In this document: one piece after another, positions 29,338-41,727 of the stretch
Position numbering within the stretch: the first letter of the stretch is position 1
Layout of the letters: each line of letters begins with the position of its first letter
From: Lingula anatina
Lineage: Eukaryota; Animalia; Brachiopoda
Direction: 5' to 3'
Assembly: GCA_051362555.1 (NCBI GenBank)
Contig: CM120643.1
Span: forward strand, 24,184,848 to 24,248,847
Length of the DNA stretch: 64,000 nucleotides
The notes under the pieces: model-generated
What the model was told of the DNA's origin: nothing
The model's database searches: none
The model's input: the letters and a program-made list of their open reading frames with translations, nothing else
Made by a program: the position numbers and the translations under genes

Positions 29338-32086
29338 TTAGCAGTACCAGTAAAGTGGTCCTTGGATCCTTCATAAGTGTGTATGGAAGAGATAAAATAT
29401 GGTCATCCTGTATGGTGGGTCCTGTTGTGGCTGTACAGACACAAGCATTAAGGGCAGCTACCGGTACCTGTACAGCACGTCACAGTTTCACTGACTCCCG
29501 GTGAGAGTATATTGCCACCTTTATAATATCTTTGATTTAATGCTTTGATGGCTTAATTTTTCCTACTTAGTGAAAGTTTACAAAAATTTGTCAGGGGCAG
29601 ATCCAGGATTATTTAAAGGGGTGTCCCTTTTTTAAGGAATGACAGGCCTCGGATGCAAAGCGGACAATATCATACATGTAATATAAAACAAACAGTGCAC
29701 AGTCCTGGGACACTTAAGGGCCGGGAAGGATAATGCCCAGTGACAGTGACCCAAGGCGATCCGTTTATTTTTATTTATTTTTTTTTTTTTTGTAACATCA
29801 AAAAATCAGAGAGCCCTCGGAGATGGAACCCAGTCATATTGACGAGCGCTCAGCGACATAGCAACAACACCATGTAATGGGCGTGGAGTTAGGAAGTGCA
29901 GCTTATTGAGAATACATCCAGGCTGTAACGAAACTTTGTATACACTGTACATTTATTGGTAAATTAAGTATGCTAACATGACAAAAATCAAACACAACAA
30001 CTGACTGACAGCATTATTTGTTAATTGTTTTAAGTCAGTAGAGTCGATAGGTCACTTGAAAGACGCTTTTTTGCTGTGATTTTCTTCTCAGTAACCGAAG
30101 GGGGTCAGGAACCTCCCTAAATCCGCGAAACAGGTCCCAGCTGGTTTTGTTCTTCAATCGCCTTCAGATACACACAATGTGTACGGTCGCAGGTGATGTT
30201 TTTTCTGCATCTTAAAAGCATTGATGATTAATGTATGACGGATATACTTCCCTTTCTCTTTATACGAAAATAAGCATTTCACTACTCACTTTTTCTAAAT
30301 ACAGATTGAAACATTTCAATCACTTAGGTGAATAATAGACAGTGAATAATAACGACAAAAACGGTTGGGTCATAAACATAAGGCCATTTCAAAAGCACAG
30401 ATAAAGATTATTTCAACTGACTCACGGTGATAAACATGAGTCGTCGAACGCAGTAACCATGAATTTCGTGCAAAAAACAACAGGTGCTGCACGAATGTAT
30501 AACATCACGACAAGGTTCCAACAACATATGAATCGAATTTCAAATGTCATAAACCTCAAGGAATTCAAAATGTTACTTAAGTGTCCGCAAAGGGAAGGCC
30601 AAATTCGCAAAGCTCAAAGAAAATTCTCGACTTTGTTTACTCATAGTTTCATCTTTACACGGCTTGTTTTCTCTTCCTACGTGTTAGAAAAACTATAATT
30701 GCGATCGTTTGGCAAATAAAAATTGCGGTCTGTTACGCTTTATAAGCAACACGCACGTTGCTGGAACAATAGTAATTCCAACATTTATCTGAAGGACACC
30801 TGTGTTTATTCATCTGTATAGTTGTTTTTATTTTTCCAAAACGGGAACCACGCAACATGCTTTGTCGGTTCTTGTGTCCCATGTTTGAATGTGGGAGTAT
30901 GTTTATTTAATATAAAAGTTAATATCGTCCTGTAGTTGCCGTCTTCCTACCCGAAATAACGTTCAAAAGAACCATTGCAGAATTTATGAAAAAAAGAAAA
31001 TGAAAGTACCGCATCTCCATATAAATTAAACCTTTAATAAACAGCACGCAGAGTCAATTGACTTAGCTTATGTGGAATTTTTAGATGTTTAGGAAGAGCG
31101 AGGTGGTGTTGATGCAAGTGATAATTAGTTTCGGAAATGACTCGATAACTACATCAAAATAGAAATTTCTGATAAAAGCCGTTCGATTCTGTGAAGATCA
31201 AGCCATAAATAAACAAATCCGAGCATTTATCTATTGTTCCAAAAGCAATATAATGTCGGTGGAATAAGCAAGCCGTGCGATATCCTGACCTGAGTGCCGT
31301 GTGATTTAGAGTCGGAAGCGAAAGAATAGCGTCCAAGAAAAGGTTATAAGTGCTCGTTTATCACATAGCTACATCTACGTATTTTTGCCACGGTTTGATG
31401 CTGTTTGTTTTGCGATTTTGCCACTGGCTGGTCAAATCAAGGTTATACTCATGACAATCTGTACCGATTATGTTTGTCCCTCTTTCAAACAAATTGGAAA
31501 AAATCCTGTGCAAAATTTAGAAATCATAACAATCCTCGCCTTATGTTGAAAGGGAATATTGTTGAAACGACATGAACTGTTGCGTGTACATTTCATGGTA
31601 TTCCATTATCAGTTTTGAACTCATCAATTTTACTTTTAAGATTAAATAAGATTCATAAAGATTTGGCACCAATATGGCTCGCTCCAAAAGATGCATTATT
31701 CTTAACTCCAAACTTCAAAAAATAAAAGGGTACTCAGGCAGATTTAAAATAGTAATAAGTTCATATTATAGATAGTTATTGCACGGTACAGAACTTATGT
31801 CTTTCTCCTCCTTATCCCCCTCTCCATTCACTAAATCAAAATATTTTTGATCATGATAATAACATTTTTTTCATGGAAAAATGGGCTTTCGTGTAGTGAT
31901 TAGACATATAAGGGAAATTGTTTCTAGACAGATTAAACTGTTTACGAAAACATTATTGTAATGTGCATTGCCTTACATTGTACGAAGAATTTTTTTTTTT
32001 AGGTACACTGACACTTAAAAACACAACAGCACGACTAAACTTTAACTATAACAGCGTTATCCATTACGAGGCTTTACCCTAAAAGT

Positions 32087-32329
32087 AACAAGAAAGGCAC
32101 CCAGAGAGCACAGACTTCTGCCAAGAGAGATCATTTCTCATTATCAATGAATGAATGGATCACCGCAGAAATCGAATCGATTCTACCTACATTGAAGTTA
32201 GCCCATCTCTAACCTATTCTTGACATGTATCAAAATCCGTCCATAAGTTTTTTGAGTTCGGCTGTTAACTGCAATATACATGTAACAAACCAGCAAAGGC
32301 AAATGGGCAACCTTCTTGGCGTAGGTAAT
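32087..32329 (-). mobile_element. Older HINE-like copy, same family as 44641-44882
   Basis: Reverse complement gives ATTACCTACGCCAAGAAGGTT ... CTTGGCAGAAGTCTGTGCTCTCTGGGTGCCTTTCTTGTT. Confidence 0.6.
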
Positions 32330-34800
32330 AAAAATACAATGATAGTAATAAACAATACGTGCACATGGGGATGGTATATACGTTTGCATGTCCACTTCAG
32401 TTGCCTCACGTATCCACAATGACGCAGAAAAAGTATATTGAAATAGCTTTGCTGAATACGAAATAATGACAAACGTATAAACATCCTAATGAACACCTGC
32501 TAGCCGAGCAAGGGATACGAGAAAAACAATAATAGAAATGACAATAGTGATCGTGCCACGGAATTGAAATCGATGGCGACATGTATATCAAAGCCAGCCC
32601 TATTACTTTTGACCCACTGAGAAAGATAGCCACGAAATTAGACGATATATGCCTTATTGACCTTCGGTCTCATTAATTTGGTCTTGATTGACCTTTGTTG
32701 CGCCCACACGTGTTGTTAAGAACGGTTCAAGCGCGGTTCTAGAGCGTTCCAGAACCGCCAGATACAGTTATTACACGTCACAGTTGGTTGTGATACGAAG
32801 AACTTTCGACTGAATACGCAAATAAAAGCTTTTAAATGTTATTCATATATTTATTCATACAACAGCTGCATGCTGAGGTAGATTGATTGCAATTAATTAA
32901 GAATCATGGGGTATGATATTGTACGGTTCACAACCGTGCTGTAATAGACGTCTTAACACATGGCAAAGAGATTAACATCGAATGTATTCTCAATATCAAT
33001 GGGCAATAATTGCGAATCTCATATGGTGTTTATGGAAATGTGAAAAGAGATACTTGCAGATGCCATCTACACATTATTTACGGTATTGAATAAAGCAGCG
33101 GGTGCGGTGATGGTAAAGATAATATCCGGCGGAATATAATTCCCATTGTTTCAGAGAGGCAGAGAGCGGCCATCTCACCTCCAGGGTCTATAAGATAACG
33201 CTGCTTGTGTCTGGATACAGTGCACGTAAGGTCGACTTTGCAGACTTTTCTGTATTGGCCTGAAAGTGTTTCTTTAACGATTGGTTCATAACAGGTGTGG
33301 TTGCCACTGTTGTCCCATGTATAGGCCTATTGTGTATATTATTGCTAGAAAAGTAAGAAAATTAGTGCTTATTTTTTTTTCCAGTGCATGCACGTACGAT
33401 GTCGAGTTTGCTATTTATTTTGATCTGAGAGTGTTTCAGAGAGTGAACGCTTGAGACCCACAAAGAAAGTGCTTGGAATATGGGCATCGAGTTCTCATGA
33501 ATGTATCTGTGACTACTACATGTACATGTGTAGTAGTCTGACTTGTGAATAGGTTTTATAACCATGTCTGTACTTGCTAATAAACTATGTTAAAAAGGGG
33601 GGTGATTTTCGAATTTAGCTCTTCGATTAGAGCCTTACGAAATGTAACAGGCATCGAAATGTAGGACGTAGGCCTACCAGTTTGCATAGACGTACGTAGG
33701 GCAAACTGTACTGTATCTCTTTATTTTGAATTTGTAACACAATTCTTTGAAGCTATAGCTACTACGCTAATGTCCTGTATCTATAATCAGATATGGATTA
33801 AACATGCAGTCTACATCTGTGTCTTATTTATTGTTCTCGGAAAATGAGTATGTAACATATACATGTATAAACTAGCCTGTTCTAAAAATTAAGGATACGA
33901 AGGAGGGGGGAAATTCACTTTCCATTATCATTTCTATAACTACATGTAGGTACCCTTTTAGACCGAAAGTGTTTTTGCCTAGCACAATAAAGCCTAGTAT
34001 ATAATTTTATATGGTAGTACTCCAATTAGGAAAAGATCAAATCCATTTTACCACGACAGATTACAACCACTTAATTAGATCTAGCAATTCTCCTGCTTGC
34101 ACGTCACAGTGCTGTGCCAACCCATGCAGATGACATCAACAGAGATACTGCAAGATCCCACGAAAATACACTACTGGAATAATTATGAACTCCGTGATTC
34201 ATGTACTTAAATTTGCATCACCCCGGAAAATTACGAATCACCGGGTACAAGTATATAATGACTTTGTTTCACGAAAGAAAAAAATAATAAAAAGCCACAT
34301 TCAGTCCCGGTAATGGGTTCTTCATGGATCACTCTAAACAATATGATTATGAACATTTTACGCATTTCGGAAAATAAAAATTAGCTTTCAAGTGTAACGA
34401 AAATGCCCAAGTTTGACCCTTTTGGAAACCAACAGGTTCGAAAATGTCATCACAAAATTACCAGGAAATTGCAAATATTAAATCCTAACAAATTTCACGT
34501 CAAAACAAAATTGTCTCGATCATGATTAAATAACATTACCATTTTATTAGTGAGTCTAATCTTAATGGCACAATAAACTAATGAAGTCATTATGAGGTAA
34601 TATTAAGTATACCAAATAAAAATAAATCAAGATTCAATGTATATTTGTAGCCTTATCATTCTTTTCATAGACATGTCCATATAATAATTGGGAAATATAT
34701 TGTAGCTAGCTATATAGCCTACAAAATCATAAACAGTGATGTACGAGAAAATATATAGGCAGACAAACAAAAAAGTAAAAATAAATGGCTTTAAAAAGTG

Positions 34801-34843
<43 letters not shown>

Positions 34844-34845
34844 AT
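34801..34845. repeat. (TAAA)n microsatellite
   Basis: Seen directly. Confidence 0.9.
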
Positions 34846-34965
34846 ATGTGCAATAATACTACAGCTATGAAATAGTGAATTCAATCTCTTGGTCGCCGGA
34901 TTACGGATAGCCACGATCTTTGTTTTTATCTACTACCTGTCACGTGATCAAAACAAGCATATTCG

Positions 34966-35084
34966 GTAAGTAGGTGACTTCATCTCGGTGACACACTTTC
35001 CATCATCACTAATTTGGCTTAAAATCTATGTCACAAGTACAGGGGAGTAATTCTTTGCATTCCATTTCTTTTTCTTTCTTCTAG
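34966..35084 (+). other. Probable 5'UTR intron of the ATP-grasp gene
   Basis: CG|GTAAGT donor at 34966; strong pyrimidine tract TTTCTTTTTCTTTCTTCTAG ends at 35084, 25 nt before the ATG; E-box GTCACGTGAT at 34939. Confidence 0.55.
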
Positions 35085-35109
35085 TCTTCAATTTACAACA
35101 TCGAGAAAG

Positions 35110-36552
35110 ATGTCTCTTCTTGAACAATTAAATAATGTGAAGTTAAAATCATCAGGCGTCGAGAGGGATTTTTCAGGTCCAAAAACGACTGGATTTTTGT
35201 CACAAGGGGAAATTGACAAATATCAGAACTCCGTGTTGGATGTCAACACAGAGCAATGGTATGCTCTCCTCAGGGATGTCACATTTGAGACAATTTATTG
35301 TCCGATATATTACGATGAAGCTCAGTTGTTCGTGAAAGTTTATGAAAAAGTTTACAAGGATGTTGACTCGTCGGAAATTGCAAGTCGGAATTGGAGAGAT
35401 GCTTTGGGCGCAGATGATTTGGAGCTAGTGCAAGCCATGACAGATAGACTACATGAGCAAATGTTAACTTACACCCAAGACGGTGGCTCAGCTTTTGTTA
35501 AAACCTCCAGTCGGAGTGCGAAAGATGCTCCTTTGTACCAAGAAAAAATCAAGCAACTTTATTTGGAGAAACTACAGGCACACCCCAAAGAACTCCACTG
35601 TGATGAAAACTTGCAAATAACATGCTTGCTTGAAGCAGCTTTTGAGGCAATGAAAGTGGCAGATGCTGGCACTGTTTTGGATATGTTTATGAAAAGTGAA
35701 AGAATCTTTCAGGATATGCTGCTCGCCACGGAAAAGAAAGACCGTTTTCACGAGAACTTCGTCATTCGCCGGTACCATCACATTGATGTTGACATGGAGT
35801 TTCGAGGTTTTGTCTTCAACAACAGGCTGACTGCCTTATCTCAGTATAATTACCTGATCTATTCTGAAAGACTGGTAAATCAGAAAGAACACATACTGAA
35901 CCTCATTACTGAGTTCTACAACAAAGAAGTTTTACCCAGGCTGAAGACAGCAAAGTTTGAGAAAGATTTTATTATTGATTTTGCATTCACCAATGAAGGT
36001 TAGATCCAAAGCAAATGTTTAGATAATAAACTGTATGCCTTATAATTATCATGTACATACATGTACATTATGTTTAATTCCTTCTACTCATGAATACATA
36101 CAGGTAAATTGTACAGTATTAGCTGTACAGTAATGAACAATATTTGATGATATAGATATACAGTATATAGTTGCTTCTTCAAACTCATGTCATTGTGTTA
36201 AATTACTGGTAAATTATACTATTTATTTTATTCATTAATTTAGTACATTATTGCTGAACATTTTTAATATTCGCTTTTGCTTTTCATTTTTCTTCACCCG
36301 CAATATACAATGTATATAAATATTATGTATTTTGTAGGAAAAAGAATCTGGGTAATAGAGATCAACCCATTCATGGAAACAACAGATGGCGCACTGTTCG
36401 ACTGGAACAAGGAACGTAGCATACTGGAAGGAGGAGAGGCAGCAGATGTGACATTCCGTTTAACAACGAGACCAAAGCCAGGGGCCAAGGTTATGCTACC
36501 TGTGGGTGCGAGACAGCTTTTACAGGAAACCTCATCTACCTCCAGTGTGTGA
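35110..36552 (+). CDS. CDC123/D123-like (R2K clade) ATP-grasp protein with N-terminal WH2-like motif, 367 aa; join(35110..35998,36338..36552)
   Basis: 889+215=1104 nt in frame across a phase-1 GT..AG intron. Motifs FVKTSSRSAKDA, KSERIFQDM, MEFRGFVFNNRLTALSQY, FIIDFA, IWVIEINPF, DGALFDW parallel CDC123-family K..S.(P/A)KD, EFR.FV, ISQ, .D.., .IDFNPF, LF.W. Confidence 0.85.
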
Positions 36553-36648
36553 CACAAATTCAAATGTGATGTTATTTTAAAACTAACTAAAAATACAGTT
36601 GTTGGTCTAGTTGAGGGCACTCGCAGTGAGTCCATGCCCCTTCCTTAA

Positions 36649-36983
36649 AGGGATAATAACTGTTCGTTTGAGGCAAAAAAAGAATTTTCCTGTAATTTTC
36701 TCATACTTACAATGGTGAATGAATCTATTTCTACATTCATAGTTAGTCCCTGTTTTTTTTTTTTTTTTTCTAAAAAGTTTTTTTTGTAATGATCTCTTAA
36801 GAGATCAATACTGAGTATAGCCATCTTTGGAGGTCATGTGGCCGATGACAAGCTCAGATATCAGAATAATAGCTGTAACTCCTGTTTGTGTGGTAAAACT
36901 GAATATACGTATTACATTTCTATGAGTAGTTTACAATGTTTTTATTGTGAAATATAGATTTCATACGAAGAGTTATTATCCCT
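36649..36983. mobile_element. TTAA-targeting (Kolobok-like) MITE just downstream of the ATP-grasp stop codon
   Basis: TTAA|AGGGATAATAACTGTTCGTTTGA ... TCATACGAAGAGTTATTATCCCT|TTAA. Confidence 0.75.
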
Positions 36984-37808
36984 TTAACTTCTGAGGTTCT
37001 CCCTCTACTCCTCTCCCTTTAGCCTCCCTTCCCCTCCCCCCTCAAGAAAAAATAATGAGAGAAAGAAGACAAAACCAAGCCATTCTTCCATCCCTATGAC
37101 CTACATGTACATATGACAATAAAGTTGTGATTATGGCCCATTTTACCTATCATATCTCTGATAAGTTTGTTGATAGTTGTGATAATTGGCAGGGAGGTTT
37201 ATCTATAACAATGTACCAGTATAAACTAGTACAGGCAGCTACACCAGTAGTGCAAAAGAGACATACTATGTATATTGTAAACTGACAGTTATTTATGCAT
37301 GTAGTTCTTGGTCTATTTTTTTTTTTTTTCAAGTTAAAAGTGGTATTGTACTTTATAGGCATGTAGGCCTAATAAAAAGCACAATGGCAATGCGCAGTCA
37401 GTACAGTCAACAACATAGGTGCAATGTTTACTTTAATGTGCAGTTTTTAAGAACATTATTTAAATTTAATATGTATAGAATAAAATATACATACCCCATA
37501 CTGGTATATTACAGCTACACTAACTTCCTGTTGAGATATCTCTTTCTATACAATTGTATTTTTATTGAATTATATGTATCTATCAATTATTTTATGTATG
37601 CATTCATTTTCGCCTAATTTTGAATAAATATAAGTATTAAAGCTAAGTGATAATAAACATTACAAGTTTGGTTTTGATTGCTACAGATGAGATTGTGAGT
37701 TGGTTGTGCAATCTGTAGTACCAACAGAGGGAGCGTTCAACATAAGTGGTAAGGCAGTTCGATACGCCCCCCCCCCTCCATCCGCTTGGATGAAAGGAAA
37801 TAGAAACA

Positions 37809-40800
37809 GAAATTTTAACAGAAATAGTTTATTCTCATTTGCTGTACATTTACAGTTTAGAGAGCATATATATATATATACATACATCAACCTGAAGGCT
37901 TGACCCCCTTATTCACAATACTAATGAATTTGTACAAATTATTCAGTTTTTTCTTATTTTTCGTTGAAAATATTTCATACATTTTAATTACATTCGGTCT
38001 AATACATGCTTTTTTTGGAATATATAAGTTTCGACTTTCTGCAAAAAAGGTACATCTAAAGACATAATGAAATTCATCCCCTATTTCATTTTTACACAAG
38101 TTGCATAATCTCAGATTTCTAGGTATTTTTTTCCATCTGCCCGTTTCAATTGGTAATCTATGATTTGTTGTTCTGAATCTAGCTATTGTAATTATTTTGT
38201 GTGTACATAAAGTAGAAAGTATATAATTCCTGCATTTAAACTCTGAGTTTGTGAAAATACTATAGCTTAACCCTTTACTAGAGTTGTTACAATCTGAATT
38301 CCATTCTTGTATATACTGATCCTGCAATTTCTGTTTAACACAATTTATAAGCCATTCCTTGTTACAGACATCCTGTGTGCTAAATATATTACTTAAACCA
38401 CAGTTATCCAGAATGGATTTCAGATTTCCCATCCACTTACATTCACATCCCTGCATAAATTTGTTATAAACGAGTTTATACAATATATATGAAAATTTAC
38501 TTTGTTTACCTGTGAGCAAATTTGTCCAGAATGATACAATTCTTCCTTTTATAATAATACTTAATGGCATTCTACCTAATTCCCCATATATCATTATCTT
38601 GGGAGTGCTGGTTTTTAGATTTAATAGATATCTACAAAATTTCAAGTGCACCTGTTCTATGATTTCTAAATTACCAAATCCCCATACTTCACATCCATAT
38701 AATAAAATTGGAACAATAATCTTATCAAAGAGATGTAGCTAATCAACAATGCTTAGATTTAGATGCCTTGCTTTCTTAAATATCCCATACAAAGCTTTAG
38801 TTGCTTTCTTTGCTGAATACCTTTTTGTTTCTGAAAATGATCCCGTTTTGCTAGGAGAACCGTATCATCTGCATATAGTATGATCATTATTTGCATTAAT
38901 ATGTGTAGTTCATGTTCTAGTTCATCTGTTACATGTGATAAGCCTGTGACATCTTTTTGCATTAGAAATTCTTCAAGATCATTTAAAAATACTGAGAATA
39001 AGAAGGGTGATAGGTTTTCGCCCTGTCGTACTCCTGTTTTGCATGGGAAATATTCCAATAATATACCATTTAAAGATATTCTAGATTTACAGCCATTATA
39101 CATGTTTACAATAACGTTCAGACATTTTCCATTTACATTGAGATTCATTAGCTTCCCCCATAACCCTGCCCTCCATATTTTATCAAAATCTATGAAAGCA
39201 CAATATAATTTCTTTTTTGATGCAACTGAAAGGTCTATAAGTGTATTTAATGTAAATATGTGATCAATGGTAGAATAGTTGGCTCGGAGGCCAGCTTGGT
39301 TTTCCTGTAACAGCATAAAGTTGTCAGAGTAATCAGTTAGTCTTTTACATAATATAGAAGTGAATACTTTACCCAGACAACTGAGTAAAGTAATTGGCCT
39401 ATAGTTCTTTGGGTCATTTATATTTCCCTTTTGCTTATAGATTGGGATTATAGTGCCTATTAACCATGCTTCTGGTAAAATACCAGTATCTAATACCAAA
39501 TTAAATAATTTTTTATAGATTGGCATCATAGTGCTGGCAGAAGAGATAATATACTCATTCAATATCTTGTCAGCACCAGCACTTTTATTTTTCTTTAATT
39601 TTTTTATTGTGTTTTGGATTTCAGTTTCAGTAATTGGTTCATTAAGCATTTAATTATTTATCTGGTTATGGTTATAATTCGGTGGGTTATTTCCATCTAC
39701 ACTACTGTTTACTTCCTTGAAATAATTGTAAAACTCGTCTAGGTTTTTTATTTCCAGTCTTTGTTCAGATTTTTTGTTTAATATTTTCCAATATTCCTTT
39801 GGACTTGCATACCTGAGTTTCCTTATTTTGTTCATAATAGTTATTCTATGCTTTTTTATTCTATTATCTAGTGTGGTCTTGTAGCACTTTTCTGCTTTTC
39901 TAAGTTCACTTTTGAAAATATTTGACCCGTACTTATTGTATAACCTTTTTGCTCTTCTATATTGTTTTTTAGTTTCTAAACATTTTTTGTCAAACCATAC
40001 ATTATTTTTCCTTTTCTTAAGAATTTCATTTTTGTTACTAATTCTATACTTGTATGTCCCTAGCGCTAATTTAGCTGAGTTAAGCAAAATTTCAGCAATT
40101 TTTTCTGTGATAAAGTCTATTTTCTCCTTACAGACATCATTTATGTTAAGATTACCAATGTATTGCAAAATTTTGTCACTTTCTTGTTTATCAATATTAT
40201 CACAAAATAGGGTTGATCTGGTGTTGTCCCATGCTTTGATTTTTTCAATAAAAAGGTCTGTTGTTTTCTTAACTTTATCTGTTTGTTGTTTGTGTTGACC
40301 GCTTTTGAGTGAACAAGACAATGGTAAATGTATATCGGAGAAAAGTTTAGAAAAATCTAATATTTCAAAGTCAACTACACCCCTTATAAATTCTGGTGTT
40401 CCTATGCAATAATCTACAACACTTGACCTAATTGTGGTAAACTTGCCTTTCTCTAGTCTACCATTTAGCACAAAAAGATTATTTGATTTACATAGATTTA
40501 GTAAGTAATATACGTAATTATTTTTCTTGGCATCATTTGACTGCCTTTTTCTAGGAAAGTTCAGTTCATCAAGTTTAGCAATATCATTTAATCTGTCAAT
40601 GTCTGGGTGACCTGTATTAAGTTCATGACTAGTTACTTCATCTGTGGCCCAGAAATCATCATTTGTTCCTATTCGAGCATTAAAATCTCCTATTAAGCAA
40701 ATTTTATCGTATGTAAAGCTTATGGCAAGATATTCTCTTTCAATTTCATTAAATGCATCTGGTGAGCTGTAGTTAGACTTCTCAGGGGGTATATAAACAA

Positions 40801-40952
40801 CACCTAGGATACAGTCATCATTAAAGTCTAAACATGATTCATCAATTTTAAACCATTGAATGTATTCTGAGTCATTTTCAAGTGGTTCTATAAAACTAGC
40901 TAATTGATTTTTACACCCAAGAACTATTCCACCTGAACGATAGTTTGAAAAT
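37809..40952 (-). mobile_element. 5'-truncated, inactivated CR1-group LINE (APE endonuclease + reverse transcriptase + C-terminal CCHC)
   Basis: APE motifs RSGGI, VYIPP, GDFNAR, LNGR, SVVDY, SDIH; RT motifs YRPITLLSCLGKVF, GVRQGENLSP, YADD; LCNLC..GDEFHY..C; stops at 39650 and 38739, internal deletions; AATAAA plus short tail; 12-bp direct repeat GAAATAGAAACA at 37797-37808 and 40953-40964. Clade assignment approximate. Confidence 0.92.
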
Positions 40953-41221
40953 GAAATAGAAACATTTTCATGCTATGAGATAATGCTGTTGCATCAAAAT
41001 ACATCAGTATAATTTTGCTATCTCGAGCTGATGACGTAACGGCAGCGTGTTTGGTGTGAAAACTGCCAAAGCGATTTCAAACGGATCCTCCTCACCTGAA
41101 CAGTTACCAACGCCACAATTACTCCTATTTAATCCCAACAGTAAATGCTACAATCCGGTGCCAGCAAATTGTTTTGAAAGGCTTACTTACGATTTTATCA
41201 GTAACGAGGCGAAATCATACT

Positions 41222-41727
41222 CAGGCCTACCCAACTACCAGACTCGGCACCTAAGGATCCTGAATTAACTGGTATATCGGACCACGCTACCCGTTTTCAA
41301 GGTGTGTGTCAGATTGCATTTCGGAGTATCATACCCCAGAACAAATTTTGTAGCACGGCTGCGGGCTCATCCACGCTCGGCTGAACAACCTTAAACTGTA
41401 CTCTTACTTTAGAGTACTCTATTTTATTGTCTCTATGGGGATATATGGGGACTTTACGACATTCGGTTTGAATGTTTTAACCACTTTTGATAGGGCTTTT
41501 TTGCATTGTATTAGATTAATGTGGCAGTCTAAGGTTCATCTAGGTGGCTTTCAAAATTATGCACCCGGTTTTAAAATCATATAGCGATGCCAGGGCTCAT
41601 CCTGTCGGTGTTCTGGCTGATACTCCAAAATGCGATCTGACACACACCTTGAAAACGGGTAGTGTGGTCCGATATACCGGTTAATTCAGGATCCTTAGGT
41701 GCCGAGTCTGGTAGTTGGGTAGGCCTG
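41222..41727. mobile_element. Non-autonomous DNA transposon with about 110-bp TIRs and 5-bp TSD
   Basis: 41222-41330 is a near-perfect inverted copy of 41619-41727 (CAGGCCTACCCAACTACCAGACTCGGCACC...); ATACT duplicated at 41217-41221 and 41728-41732. Confidence 0.9.

Noticed and set aside
28790-29727. 22-bp direct repeat CTGGGACACTTAAGGGCCGGGA about 915 bp apart
   Set aside because: Both copies lie among fragments of CAG-type MITEs; most likely internal element sequence rather than a TSD or att site.
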